Below the pieces are notes generated by a model. The model made no database searches and was not told where the DNA came from. It saw only the letters and a program-made list of their open reading frames with translations. Positions 1 through 11,429 of a stretch of DNA of 42,574 nucleotides are shown piece by piece. The stretch spans positions 34,757,857 to 34,800,430 of the forward strand of contig NC_068984.1 of assembly GCF_001194135.2 (NCBI RefSeq), in the 5' to 3' direction. The first letter of the stretch is position 1. Each line of letters opens with the position of its first letter. Position numbers and translations under genes: made by a program. The DNA comes from Octopus bimaculoides. Its lineage: Eukaryota.

Positions 1-127
1 AAGAAGAAGAAGAAGAAGAAGAAGAAGAAGAAGAAGAAGAAGAAGAAGAAGAAGAAGAAGAAGAAGAAGAAGAAGAAGAAGAAGAAGAAGAAGAAGAAGA
101 AGAAGAAGAAGAAGAAAAAGAAGAAGA
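1..127. repeat. (AAG)n microsatellite, truncated by the window start
   Basis: Near-perfect AAG array seen directly. Confidence 0.98.
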
Positions 128-1249
128 ATTTTATTTCATTCCATTGGTATTATTTAGCTAGATGAATTTTTCACTTTTTCATGCTCTATTTTCATCTTTA
201 TAAGCCATCATGTGAAGATATATATGTCATATATTCTTTAAAACTTCTTGCATTGACATATTTTTGCAGTTGTACATACATACGCATAGAGATATACATG
301 GTCGCTCTCTCTCTTTCTGTCTTTCTTTCTTTCTTTCTGTCTCCCTCTATTTATAATGATATATATATGTATGTATGTATATATATAATATATTTTCCCA
401 CACGATGTGTGCGTGTATGTGAGTATCTCTGTGCAGTTATGCAAATATTCTCATATGTATATATATCGAGAGACATACTTATATACAATTTATACTACAT
501 AGAATACTAATGATAGGAAGTTTTCGAAATATTTATGAGGTGAAATCATATTCACATAGATGAAGAAGACATCAAAAACAATTGAACAAATAAAATGTGC
601 ATAAATATGAAATAAATTTTATTGAAAAGAAATGTTTTAAACCTAACAGGTTGTCATGGATTCACTATGAATTCCTGAACCAAAATTTTGAGTAACCTCT
701 ATGCATTTTAATTATACAGTTATTATGAAATATTACTCTATATTAAATATATTTCAGATTAATAGATTGAAACCAGTAATGCTGACAAGTAATATAGAAA
801 TAATGGCTCTGCTCACGACATCTTCATAAACTTAGATATTTTCAAATTATAATTACTAAATCATGTTGAAAACATTTTCAGAGACAGAATCCAGTAGATA
901 TTCATAACAATAGAGATATTGGGGTATATATATAGATATTTACATTAGTTAGTTGGCTAAATAATCCCAGAGGGGAAATATGGCAAATTTAATTGAGACC
1001 AATATATACTGTTGTTTAAACTGTCTTGTGATATATAGCAATGCCAATCTACAGCCGTATATCAAATTTGGTAGTAGGTATGCCATTAAATATTTTAATA
1101 GATTTAGCCCCATACAATAATTCTCTCTTGTTTGATTGCTCTGTATAAGAATTACATTTTGATTACTTATGTAGTGGCATACGAAAATATGCTGATAAAC
1201 AGAATCCATTAACTAGATTATTCTTATATATCATTCTGTCAACATTTTA

Positions 1250-1310
1250 AAATCTAACCCCGTCGAGATTTGAACTCAGAATACTGATAAATATTGATTA
1301 ATTCTGTAAA
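1250..1310 (-). mobile_element. Short degenerate fragment of the tRNA-type SINE family
   Basis: 'ccgtcgagatttgaactcagaa' resembles the minus-strand SINE core at 23400-23425, 28501-28520 and 36465-36490. Confidence 0.4.
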
Positions 1311-2579
1311 ACATTGACAATGGTGTGTTTTTTCCTGAGCAGTTTTACCCTTTACAATAGAAAAAAGAATGAAATAAAATGTTATATACATATATTGAAC
1401 GTTGTAGATTAACTAGTGCCCTTTATCTTCAAAATTGCTCTCATAATTTGTCTTTTCTCTCAATTGCCTTCCAGTATCATAAACAGCATTTTGTATTGGA
1501 CACTTCAATATCACTTTATTAGTGTCTCCACCTTCCTCGGCATTATTTGATTTAACAATTTCACTTTATTTATTTACGTTCACGGAAACACTCCGAGTTA
1601 AGAAGTTTCATTCAATCTGTTGAACACATTTCATTATTCATTGATATTTTGTCAATGTCACTTTGAAGTATATTAATTTCACTGAAGATTACATATTTAC
1701 AGATATTATAAACATGTCCTTGCGGCATTACTTTTCTTCTTGATTGAGTATGATGCAAACTCACCATACTTGGATCGCACAAAATATATTGCTTCTTGGC
1801 TACAGTATACCATAATATTCATTGAAGTCGTTACAGAAAATGAGATCAATCAATGAAATGTTCATACTTTAATCTTCGTCATCTTATGTAAAGTTTCATT
1901 TTGTTTGTTGTATACTTGCAAATATTAGAAAACTTGTATAAAATATATACACACAGAAGGAACTTCAGAATTACATAAACCTCTCAGCTCTTTTGCTTAT
2001 AGCAATATAACTAAACAATGCGTTAGCTCCTTATTTTCAGACAATATACGGATCGATGTTTATCTTTACTTATGGAAATAACTTAGAAACTACTTCGTAT
2101 TTATTCGTCGTCATCAAAAATTAGATTTACATACTATGAAAATATATTTATTTCTCTTACTGTAGGTTTTTCCCTACGGTGTGAAATGTAAAGCAGTTGC
2201 ATTTAGATATACAACACTAAAATAGAATTGACATGAATTAAATATTCTAATGATGTAGCTGCTACACAAAATGAATTTGTTTTGTTATGTTCATGTTTAT
2301 AGACGTAAGAATGTGTATTATCTCATGCTCACCGCTATATTATCTACTAAAACTCATACAGATTTGTAGGTTCCTATAACGGATCGGTGGGGTACTCTCT
2401 ATTGATACGTTCCGTTACTCGTTGTGTTCAATATAATCAGTTATCTAATGATGTGTACTCGTTTGACTATACTGTGCATCCTCACAGGGTTAATAAAACT
2501 GTGAGTAGTCAAGTACTAGAGAAGGGGACAGAGCATATTAAACTTCTTCATTACACCTGTGTTGGAAAATAGAGTTAAA

Positions 2580-3240
2580 CATTCCTAAAATGGTTATATC
2601 TGCTGGTAAGATGTCTTGCGATATTTATCTAAGCTTTTGGTCTCAAATCACGAGAAGCCAAGACAACTTTGCTTTACATCGCACAAAGGTCAATAAAATA
2701 AATTACCACTGAAGCAACACCTTTAATGTAATCCACTATACTATTTTTGAAAAAAACATTGTGTGGCGGCGTGCCAGTATAAGACTTTTAGCTGTTTATT
2801 CTTGTTGCATTGTTGATATATTGCATCTGGCATTCATTATATTTCCTTTACATTAAAAGTGCACAACAGATGTTTCTGTACAGCCTTGACAATACTGTCT
2901 TTTTATGGGAATAATCATTCGAAGCTACATCATGCACGATCATATTTATTGTTGCTGTTGTATTTAGGCTTATGTCAGCTCTGATTAAGCTAGTCCACAA
3001 TAATTGTTTCTCTTGCAATAACCATTCCCTCTTCTTTTGAGACAATCTAGTAAAAAGATCCTTATCTAATATAGTCTTTCTTTTCAAGCCGATGTATTGC
3101 TGGAATAGAGTGTATCTGCTACTGCTTGCTATTTGCGCAACGTTGTGAAGAGGAATGTGATTCAATGAATTTTCAGCGATATTTTACTGCTGAATCTAGC
3201 AGTTCAAGTTATAGATCCTCAGGTTTGCTCGTCCTGCTTT
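2580..3240 (-). pseudogene. Heavily decayed RTE-like LINE reverse transcriptase remnant
   Basis: The minus-strand ORF 2848..3165 has QYIGLKRKTILDKDLFTRLSQKK...LLWTSLIRADIS...SRLYRN, loosely matching RTE 'Q.GF...RST.D.IF..RQLQEK...FVDLEKAFD...AMYRN'. Downstream 'DILPADITIL' resembles 'DL.YADDI.L'. The motif order is right but identity is weak. Confidence 0.35.
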
Positions 3241-4663
3241 ATGTTCTATTTTTCCTATGAATATACGGAAAATGCGCGCACGTGTGTGTACTCACTCATT
3301 TGCTTTGGAATAACATTATTGTATGTTCCTTGACGATCCAGTATTTATTTGATACAATGGATTTTTGAAGCCAAAAAAGAAAACAAAACTGCCGACGAAT
3401 ACCTACATATGACAAGTGGCTTCTCGAATTATGACTTCTAGATACATAATGATATTGGTATCGGGAGTGAATGGAATATTAAATAATTTCAACATATATG
3501 GCTTAAATATTAGTAAAGCATTTTTATTGATCGAGTACAATATAAAAAAAATATATCTTTTTCTTGTTTTATGTACTCTTTTGCGGAGACAGCTTCTGTA
3601 AGGATGCCTTCACTTCAATCTGCGTACTAGGAAATTTAATGTCCTTAAATTAAGGACATTCGATTATTTTAATAATCTTAATTGTTTCTAATTCCCTCTT
3701 GTTTATTTTTCCAACTTTACCGTCGTTTGTGTAAACATCTCTTTGATTTGCCTATTTACCCCCCCCCCCCCCCACAAAATATCTTCTGTGTTATAATTGT
3801 TTCACCTCCTCTCTTGTTCAATAATATTATTTTGTACTCTCAAAATTCTCAATGCTATTTGTTCATTAAAACCCGTAAATATTTTCGATCAATCCAACAT
3901 AAGGTTATTGTCAGGAAAATTACATGTCTCGTCTACATGAAAGCGGAGTAATTGTTTCCACTTGGTGAAAGTTTCTACCCTGTTATATAAAACACTGTCC
4001 TAAATTAACGATGATGAACTCAAAGTAACACTTGGCATATTGGGCTGCTTTCTACATGACAACTGATATGTTGTTTCAGATAGTAGAATTAATCTACGAA
4101 AGGTTAAGTGATGTGGTCTCCAACTCATATGACTGGCTACTAGTCATGAATTTGTTACAGAATCAGACGTTGTTTAATAGACAAATCTGTTAGATTGAAG
4201 TCATTGAGCCAATTGAAATACTGTATGAAATCTAAACACTTAAGTGATTATTAGTGAGATGCAATTTAAGATCTGCAGAATTTGAAAATAAATCGGTGAA
4301 ATATTGATCACCATAATATAAAATATCCAACTTTATGTTAGTTATCTGGATGGATAAACGAACAAGTATTAATAGTGTTTTAAAATTGCAATCTGAGTTC
4401 TTTTTGAAATTTAATGCGTACATTTAGTCATACAAATACATAACGATATAACAAGGTACGTATGAAAACATAAAATTGAACGTTAGATATCGCAGCGACG
4501 GAGGAACAGAAACTTCTCGAAAGATGCCCGATGATATATGAGTCAAATTTCACAGACGTTCCAGAGTCGCACTCGCCGAAGGAGATACAGCTAACGAGTC
4601 ATTCGACAGTTTGGTAACTGCACTCACGACACCATGGGTAAAACATCTCAGTATAAAATGAGG

Positions 4664-4790
4664 TGGACACACACACACACACACACACGCACACACACAC
4701 ACACATACACACACACATACACACGCACACACACACACGAAAATAGACGTACACATACACACACATACACATGCACACACACATATGAGA
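4664..4790. repeat. (CA)n-rich microsatellite
   Basis: Seen directly. Confidence 0.95.
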
Positions 4791-5029
4791 TATTTATGCG
4801 TATTCATATGTGCAAGCGTCCACGTATAGATGCACACTCACCCACTGAAACAAAGAGTACATCTAATTAAAATGTTAGAATTTCAGCCGTTACTCGTATG
4901 CGAATGTGAAATAAAAGCTTGTGAAATAAAAGCTATTTATTTTAGATGCCTATGTAGTGACATATAGAAACAGTCTACTCTCGGTGCACTTATTCTCACC
5001 CCAACGTAACATCTAAGATATGACACTTG

Positions 5030-5190
5030 GGGATGGAAGAGAGAAGTTTACCAGCACTCAGTCCATATGCATATTCTGCCGAGTAGAATGGGGGAAAAAC
5101 TGCTGAGGCGGGAATAATAAACGCTCACCAGGACTGAAAAGCAGGATGCTGTTACTCTGAGGCCAACCAACGAACCACTACACAATGGTT
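5030..5190 (-). mobile_element. Possible degenerate tRNA-derived SINE
   Basis: The minus strand begins 'tgtagtggttcgttggttggcc', which is A-box-like, followed by a weak B-box-like 'gcttttcagtcctgg'. GC-richer than its flanks. No second copy recognised in the window. Confidence 0.25.
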
Positions 5191-6269
5191 AGTGTTTTTA
5201 CATCTGTTTAAATCTACACATTTAGAGTCGCCAACAATATATGGACTTGGCCATTTTAAAATTTTATATGATAAAATAGCCTGTCACACACATTACAGAA
5301 AAGAAATAAGAAATAATGATAGATTGGATACATTTCATAACTGGCTTACTAATATGGACAAGAATCAACAGTTACACTGGAGAAAAAATAAAAATAAAAG
5401 TAAGTTGCAGAAAGAAGTATTCCTATTTATTTCAACAACATATATAGCCTGAGCATACAAATTCTTTTCTTTGATTGCTAGATTTCGAGAATTTGTCAAT
5501 TAATTACCAATGTTTCCAAATAAATAATGTTATCCGCATGTAGAGACTCTGATGGGAGTAACAATCTATAGAAAGGCGTTACATATCCTAGATTAAGGCG
5601 GTTTAATGTATTTTCTGCTAAAACTTTCCTGCAGCGAATAGTACGCTTGATCAACAATAATGAATGGAACAGATACTCTTGAAATAATAAACCACTCGCT
5701 AAGATATTCAAAAGGAGGGTAATTACTAATAAAATACAACATACATATATCATATCAAGCACACATAGTATCAGACAAATGAATACACATTCTCATACAT
5801 ATGTAACGTAGTCATATATACGTAAATATAATTATGTATATCTATGTAAGAATAATGGTAATGTCATAAAAATAAATATATATAAAGAGGAATTATAATT
5901 TCACATTTCGTGTAGATTCATATTCTAATAGAAACATACTTATATTTAAATAGATATGAAAATTTCTAAATAAAGATCAAGGAGATCAGAAATCTCAAGT
6001 TGACTCGATGCAAGTTGAATATAACTCTAGAGAATATAGTATTATCTTACAGATTAAATATTTGTTTTTAAGTTTTCGCTAATTAACGTGAAAGGTCACT
6101 CTTATAAATTGATTTTGTGAAACTGCCATTCTTCCCTATAGCTTCAGTTCTGAAAGAAAAAATAAATATGTGTGTATGCGTATGTGAATGCTTGTGTTTG
6201 CGTGTGTGTGTGTACGCGCGTGTGTATAGGTGTCCGAGCATTATTACGTGTATGGATGTAATAGTCTAA

Positions 6270-6465
6270 TAGAGCGGTTCGCCTGTGAAACCAAACATGA
6301 GGATGTTCTTGAAGCGGTGAAATTGAAATTACGGAGACATTCAACATTGCTTGGAACTGCAAGAATTCTTCGCAGGGTTCTTGAAGCATGATCAGTAATA
6401 CAAGTGTCACCATAGTCTGTGGCTGTGGACAGCTGACATTTTCCATAATACCCAGCGATATAATA
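6270..6465 (+). mobile_element. 3' stub of an R4/Dong-like RLE non-LTR retrotransposon
   Basis: 6347-6391 translates LLGTARILRRVLEA*, the typical C-terminus of this clade, matching KTALLGTVRILLKVLEK* at 12053-12106. The 3' UTR resembles 12107-12170 and runs into an (AAT)/(AAG) tail. Confidence 0.8.
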
Positions 6466-6494
6466 GTAATAAGAAGAAGAAAAAGAAAAAGTAT

Positions 6495-6501
6495 GTGTAT
6501 G

Positions 6502-6549
<48 letters not shown>

Positions 6550-6668
6550 NNNNNNNNNNNNNNNNNNNNNNNNNNNNNNNNNNNNNNNNNNNNNNNNNNN
6601 NNNNNNNNNNNNNNNNNNNNNNNNNNNNNNNNNNNNNNNNNNNNNNNNNNNNNNNNNNNNNNNNNNNN

Positions 6669-6725
<57 letters not shown>

Positions 6726-6726
6726 A
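6495..6726. repeat. (TA)n/(TG)n microsatellites around assembly gap 6550-6668
   Basis: Seen directly. Confidence 0.95.
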
Positions 6727-6728
6727 TG

Positions 6729-7745
6729 CTTAATCATATCAAAGGGAAATGGAAATTAATAAAAACGTTCAATTCCAAGTCGCCTAGCGTATAAAAGTTT
6801 AGTCCAAAGACTATGAGTTACTCATAAGGGAAAGTTTATATTTAAATACACAAGAAGAATCCACTCATGAGATTCCCTACGCTAGAAAGAACAGCTAGGT
6901 TCTAGAACCACAAAATTAGGGATAAAATCCCGAAAGGAACGAAATGAAAAATAAAAAAAACCATCTCTTTTCCATCTCTTTTCAGACTTTAGTTTAGCAA
7001 ATAAGATAACTTGCTACGTGAAGTCGTTTTCAACAGGTACCCCTAAGACTAAAATATATAAGCACGAGGCAATCAATTCCATGCCTCTCGCATATACATT
7101 CTAATTTTGCAGATCTACTGCGCAGGCGCAGCTTCTCGCCGGCAATAAAAAAATGCCAACTTTTAGAATTCGAAAATTATCAAATAAAAAAAAAGAATTA
7201 TAATATTTAATGATATCAAAGGGAAATAGAAATAAATAAAATGTTTCACTTCCAAGTGGCCTAGCGTATAAAAGTTTAGTCCAAAGACTATGAATTACTC
7301 ATAAGGTACAGTGTATATTTAAATATGTAAATATACATTTGCCTTTGATATGATTAAGTATTATATGTTTTTGGGATAATTTTCGAATTATAAAAGTTGG
7401 CATTATTTATTGCCGGTGAGGAGCTGCGCCTGCGCAGTAGATCTGAAGAATTAAGATGTATAAACGAGAGGCATGGAATTGATTGCCTCGTGTTTATATA
7501 TTTTAGTCTTAGGTGTACCTGTTGAAAACGACTTCACCTAGCAAATTATATTAATAGCTAAACTAAAGTCAAAAACCAATTGGTTCAGGAAAAGAGAGGG
7601 TAAAAGTTTTTATTTATCATTTCGTTCTTTTCGGGATTTTATCAGAAATTTCGTGGTTCTAGAACCTAGCTGTTCTTTCTAGCGTAGGGAATGCCATGAG
7701 TGGATTCCTCTTATGCTTTTAAATATACACTGTACCCTATAAGTA
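6729..7745. repeat. Fold-back element: ~410-bp inverted arms (6819-7228 / 7336-7745) plus a ~120-bp direct repeat (6729-6847 / 7205-7325)
   Basis: Perfect 39-bp reverse-complement match 6873-6911 vs 7653-7691 and a 24-bp match 7110-7133 vs 7422-7445. The direct repeat shares 'cctagcgtataaaagtttagtccaaagactatga'. Flanked by (TA)n on both sides. Confidence 0.95.
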
Positions 7746-8241
7746 TATATGTGTATATATATATATATNNNNNNNNNNNNNNNNNNNNNNNNNNNNNNNN
7801 NNNNNNNNNNNNNNNNNNNNNNNNNNNNNNNNNNNNNNNNNNNNNNNNNNNNNNNNNNNNNNNNNNNNNNNNNNNNNNNNNNNNNNNNNNNNNNNNNNNN
7901 NNNNNNNNNNNNNNNNNNNNNNNNNNNNNNNNNNNNNNNNNNNNNNNNNNNNNNNNNNNNNNNNNNNNNNNNNNNNNNNNNNNNNNNNNNNNNNNNNNNN
8001 NNNNNNNNNNNNNNNNNNNNNNNNNNNNNNNNNNNNNNNNNNNNNNNNNNNNNNNNNTATATATATATGTTATTATCGTTATTTTTTCTATTTGTATTTG
8101 GAGCATAACAGGGGGAGGTAGCCCATTCCAAAGCCATGGTCAGCCGTCTCATTGGTCGCTTGTAGTAATAAACACATTTCACCTTTACTGACCGCCGCGA
8201 GGGTGTGAAGCTTCTTTTGCTTCTTGACCGCACTACTTTTG

Positions 8242-8256
8242 CTACTACCACTGCTG

Positions 8257-8332
<76 letters not shown>

Positions 8333-8345
8333 GACTGCTACTAAT
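8242..8345. repeat. (CTA)n microsatellite
   Basis: Seen directly. Confidence 0.95.
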
Positions 8346-8649
8346 AATAAGAATCATATAAGTAATTTGCCTGGAGATAAACACACACATGCGACAGGAT
8401 TTACATCCTGATGACAGAACATATACAATCCCATTACCACTTCTACCACCGCCGCCGCCAACGCTATCACCATCCTACTAGAAATAATTTGGAGACAATG
8501 CTAGTTGGAGAATACATGATGGTTCTGTCATTTGTCTCCCTGCCTCTGTCTTTCTCTTACTGTCAATTCAATATCTGCCTCTTTCTACGATGCTACATGA
8601 ATTCTGGCAGCAGGCCATGACATGAACTAATTTAAAACGTCACAATGTT

Positions 8650-10430
8650 TTTTTTTCTTGTCCCCTTGGAAAGAAATAATGTCTGGGACCTCTGAACCTT
8701 AACTTATAGCTCGGCCTGGATAACGATCATGGAAATACCCCCTAGAACCCGCGTCACTGGAAGAACGCATTCATCAGTGACCTTAGGTTCTAACACTGAG
8801 CTCGAAAAGATTTTAAATCAGCAACAACGTCCTCAAGTACCTGTTGCAAATCAAAACATGGGTATTCCTGGTGCAGATGCTCAGTATCAACTATCAAACC
8901 TATCTCAAAGAAATAGAAATATAAGACAGAAATGGACTAAGGAGGAATATATCGAAATTATGCTTGCTTATTATTATTCAAAACAAAACCTAGAAGCATC
9001 AACCATACAAAAAGAGACCTACAATATCTGGAGGTACAAAAACTCGCATAGCAGGCTGTACACGGACAGTAATAAATTAGGAACTGCAAGACTTGATATC
9101 CTAAAACATAAAAGACTAACAGACAGCAAAATTGACAAAACAGTCAGTTCAGTCAAATTTCAGCTGAGTGTAAGACACACCTACTTATACACACAGGGAA
9201 AAAACCTCTGAAATCACTGACTCAAAACAGCAAACTGGGTACACAGAAACCTATGAAAGTGGACCATTAGCTGATACTAAAATCATTATAAATGATCACG
9301 TCAGCAATGAACTGTTAGATGTAATACTAGAACAATATCTAATACAACTCCATCAACATTCCCCCGAAAGAGCCCCACTTCCCAAAATTATTAATATAAA
9401 TAACAACAGAAATGTAATCAACGAAGTTGATCAATCACTTGGAAAGCTGATATGACAACTCATTGAGAATTGTAGGGAAAATGCCCTCGAAGTGATTGAT
9501 CAACTCATTTACTCCGCTGCTTATATTGCAACTCAGAAATGCGGTATAAAAATTAGAGAGAGACAAAACAAAAGTGCAATGTACGCAGAACAGCCTGCAT
9601 GGATGGAAAGAATAAACGGGCAAATAATCTACCTATGAGTAGATATATCTTTTCCACTTGAAGCAAGCATAGGTAAAACTAATAAACCCAACCCAACAAA
9701 CTAATAAGAAGACTTCTTAAACCTGACCTTTACAAGACAACAAATAATAAACAGCTTGACATCTACAAACAAGAATTACAATTATAAACCAAATGACTAG
9801 CAAGATACAAAAATCGTCCAGCATTCCATAAACAAAACATACTATTCAAGAAAAACACAAAAGACATCTACAGTGAACTTGGAAAAACTACCATTACTGT
9901 GAAAACACATCCACCTCAGCAGCAAACTGAAGTTTTTGGGAAAAAAAACATTTGGAGAAAACCAAAGGAGTTTAATCAGAATGCACATTGGGTTAGGGAC
10001 ATAGAAAAGCCCAACGCCCACCTCAAATATCAAGAGTGACCGGATATAACAACTGAAGAAGTGAAAGCGGTGCTCGCCAAGTCAAAGAAATGGCAATCCT
10101 CAGGCATAGATGAGATTCGAAATTTTTTGCTAAACTCTTGAATGAGTACCTACCACATCTTAGCCATAGCACTCAATTAAGTCATGTCCAGCCCAACGAA
10201 AACTCCAAAGTGGCTTACAAAATGGATGACACGCATCTTACCAAACACAGAAGAAACTACTTACCCCACAAAAAATACCGATCCATAACAAGCCTCACTA
10301 CCATATATCTACTACAAACATTTATAATAGCGAACGGAGCACATGAATTCTTGTATGCTAGGAAGTTATTCCAAGTGGAAGAAAAGTGGAAGGGAACTGA
10401 AATAGAGTTATAATGAAAGGAAACCATAAG
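8650..10430 (+). mobile_element. 5' half of an R4/Dong-like RLE LINE: N-terminal domain plus start of RT, decayed and 3'-truncated
   Basis: ORF 8729..9211 has KWTKEEYIEIMLAYYYS...YNIWR...DSNKL...DILKHKRLTD, like the R4/Dong N-terminus. Later frames give RAPLPKI...LIYSAA, PAWMERINGQI...DIS, ITTEEVKAVLAKSKKWQSSGIDEIRNF and KYRSITSLTTIY (RT 'NWKAPG.D.I.NFW' and 'YRPITCL'). Several stops and frameshifts. Confidence 0.85.
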
Positions 10431-10431
10431 T

Positions 10432-10432
10432 G

Positions 10433-10504
<72 letters not shown>

Positions 10505-10530
10505 TATTAATAATAATAATAATAATAATA

Positions 10531-10590
<60 letters not shown>

Positions 10591-10592
10591 TA
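10432..10592. repeat. Head-to-head (AAT)n / (TTA)n arrays
   Basis: An AAT array to ~10530 then a TTA array to ~10592. The two are mutually reverse-complementary. Confidence 0.95.
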
Positions 10593-11046
10593 TGTTTGAC
10601 TTTTGCTTTGCATTTGTACAAGTTGGATCCAAGTCTCACCCAGAGACCTCAAGAGACAACAAGTTAGAAGTTCATGTAGGTGTTATGCCTAGGGCACCAT
10701 ATATTTGGATTTGTACATAGTGTTGTTCTAGAGAATGTTTAAGAAACCATAAGAAAATTATGTGTTTGTTTTAAAATTTGAGATCACATAGACAGTATTT
10801 TACGTAGGATATGGGCAGTTCCCATGAGCATTATCTTTTGAACTTCAGCCATTATGGGGTTTCCTGGTATCTGAGCTAGGTAGTAATCAGCCCCTTTCGC
10901 TGTCATACCCAGTGCACCTATGACAATAGGTATTGTTTTAGTCTTCAGGTTCCACATTCTATTTCAAGACCTACCAAAAACTGAGCACATTTTGCTAATT
11001 TCTATTTCAAGATCTTTATATTTGCTCAGTTTTTGGTAGGTCTTGA
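10593..11046 (-). mobile_element. 3' end of an R4/Dong-like LINE (RLE C-terminus, 3' UTR, (TAA)n tail)
   Basis: Minus strand 10957-10784 translates without stops to MWNLKTKTIPIVIGALGMTAKGADYYLAQIPGNPIMAEVQKIMLMGTAHILRKILSM*. Upstream is YQKLSKYKDLEIEISKM. The (TTA)n at 10531-10592 is its tail. Confidence 0.9.
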
Positions 11047-11076
11047 CAGATACGTTTATATCGATTGGGACAGTCA

Positions 11077-11089
11077 TATTATTATTATT

Positions 11090-11188
<99 letters not shown>

Positions 11189-11222
11189 ATTATTATTATT
11201 ATTATTAATTATTATTATTATA
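11077..11222. repeat. Compound (TTA)n(TTG)n(TTA)n microsatellite
   Basis: Seen directly. Confidence 0.97.
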
Positions 11223-11395
11223 TGCCCTGTTGTGATACCTGGCAGTGGCTCTCCTGTCTTCTAATCTTCGCTGATTGAAAGAATTATCATGTACATTGTT
11301 TTGTCTTGGTATAGCAGATATACCACAGGAAATATTCTGCTCAATACCATAGATTTGCTTGTCTGGTGTCTCACAATAACCAGTTGAGCATGTAC
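11223..11395 (+). mobile_element. Fragment (probable 5' part) of a non-autonomous (AAT)n-tailed interspersed element
   Basis: 11325-11359 matches the reverse complement of 39078-39112 at 31/35 nt. No coding motif seen. Confidence 0.7.
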
Positions 11396-11429
11396 TTTAG
11401 TGGTTATTATTAGAAGAAGGTCAGGCTTG

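Noticed and set aside
4905-4934. Short tandem duplications (15 bp here; 11 bp at ~6961; 10 bp at ~21811)
   Set aside because: Ordinary slippage products with no sign of function or of flanking an insertion as target-site duplications.
6800-6845. Hammerhead-like 'CCAAAGA-c-TATGAG-TTA-CTCATA-agg-GAAA' in the fold-back's A unit
   Set aside because: Two core mismatches, no stem I or III, and the other two copies read 'ggtacagtg' instead of GAAA.
7229-7335. CRISPR-like or integron-like reading of the repeated blocks
   Set aside because: Only two direct copies of ~120 bp, no regular repeat-spacer period, and a eukaryotic context with no cas or integrase genes.
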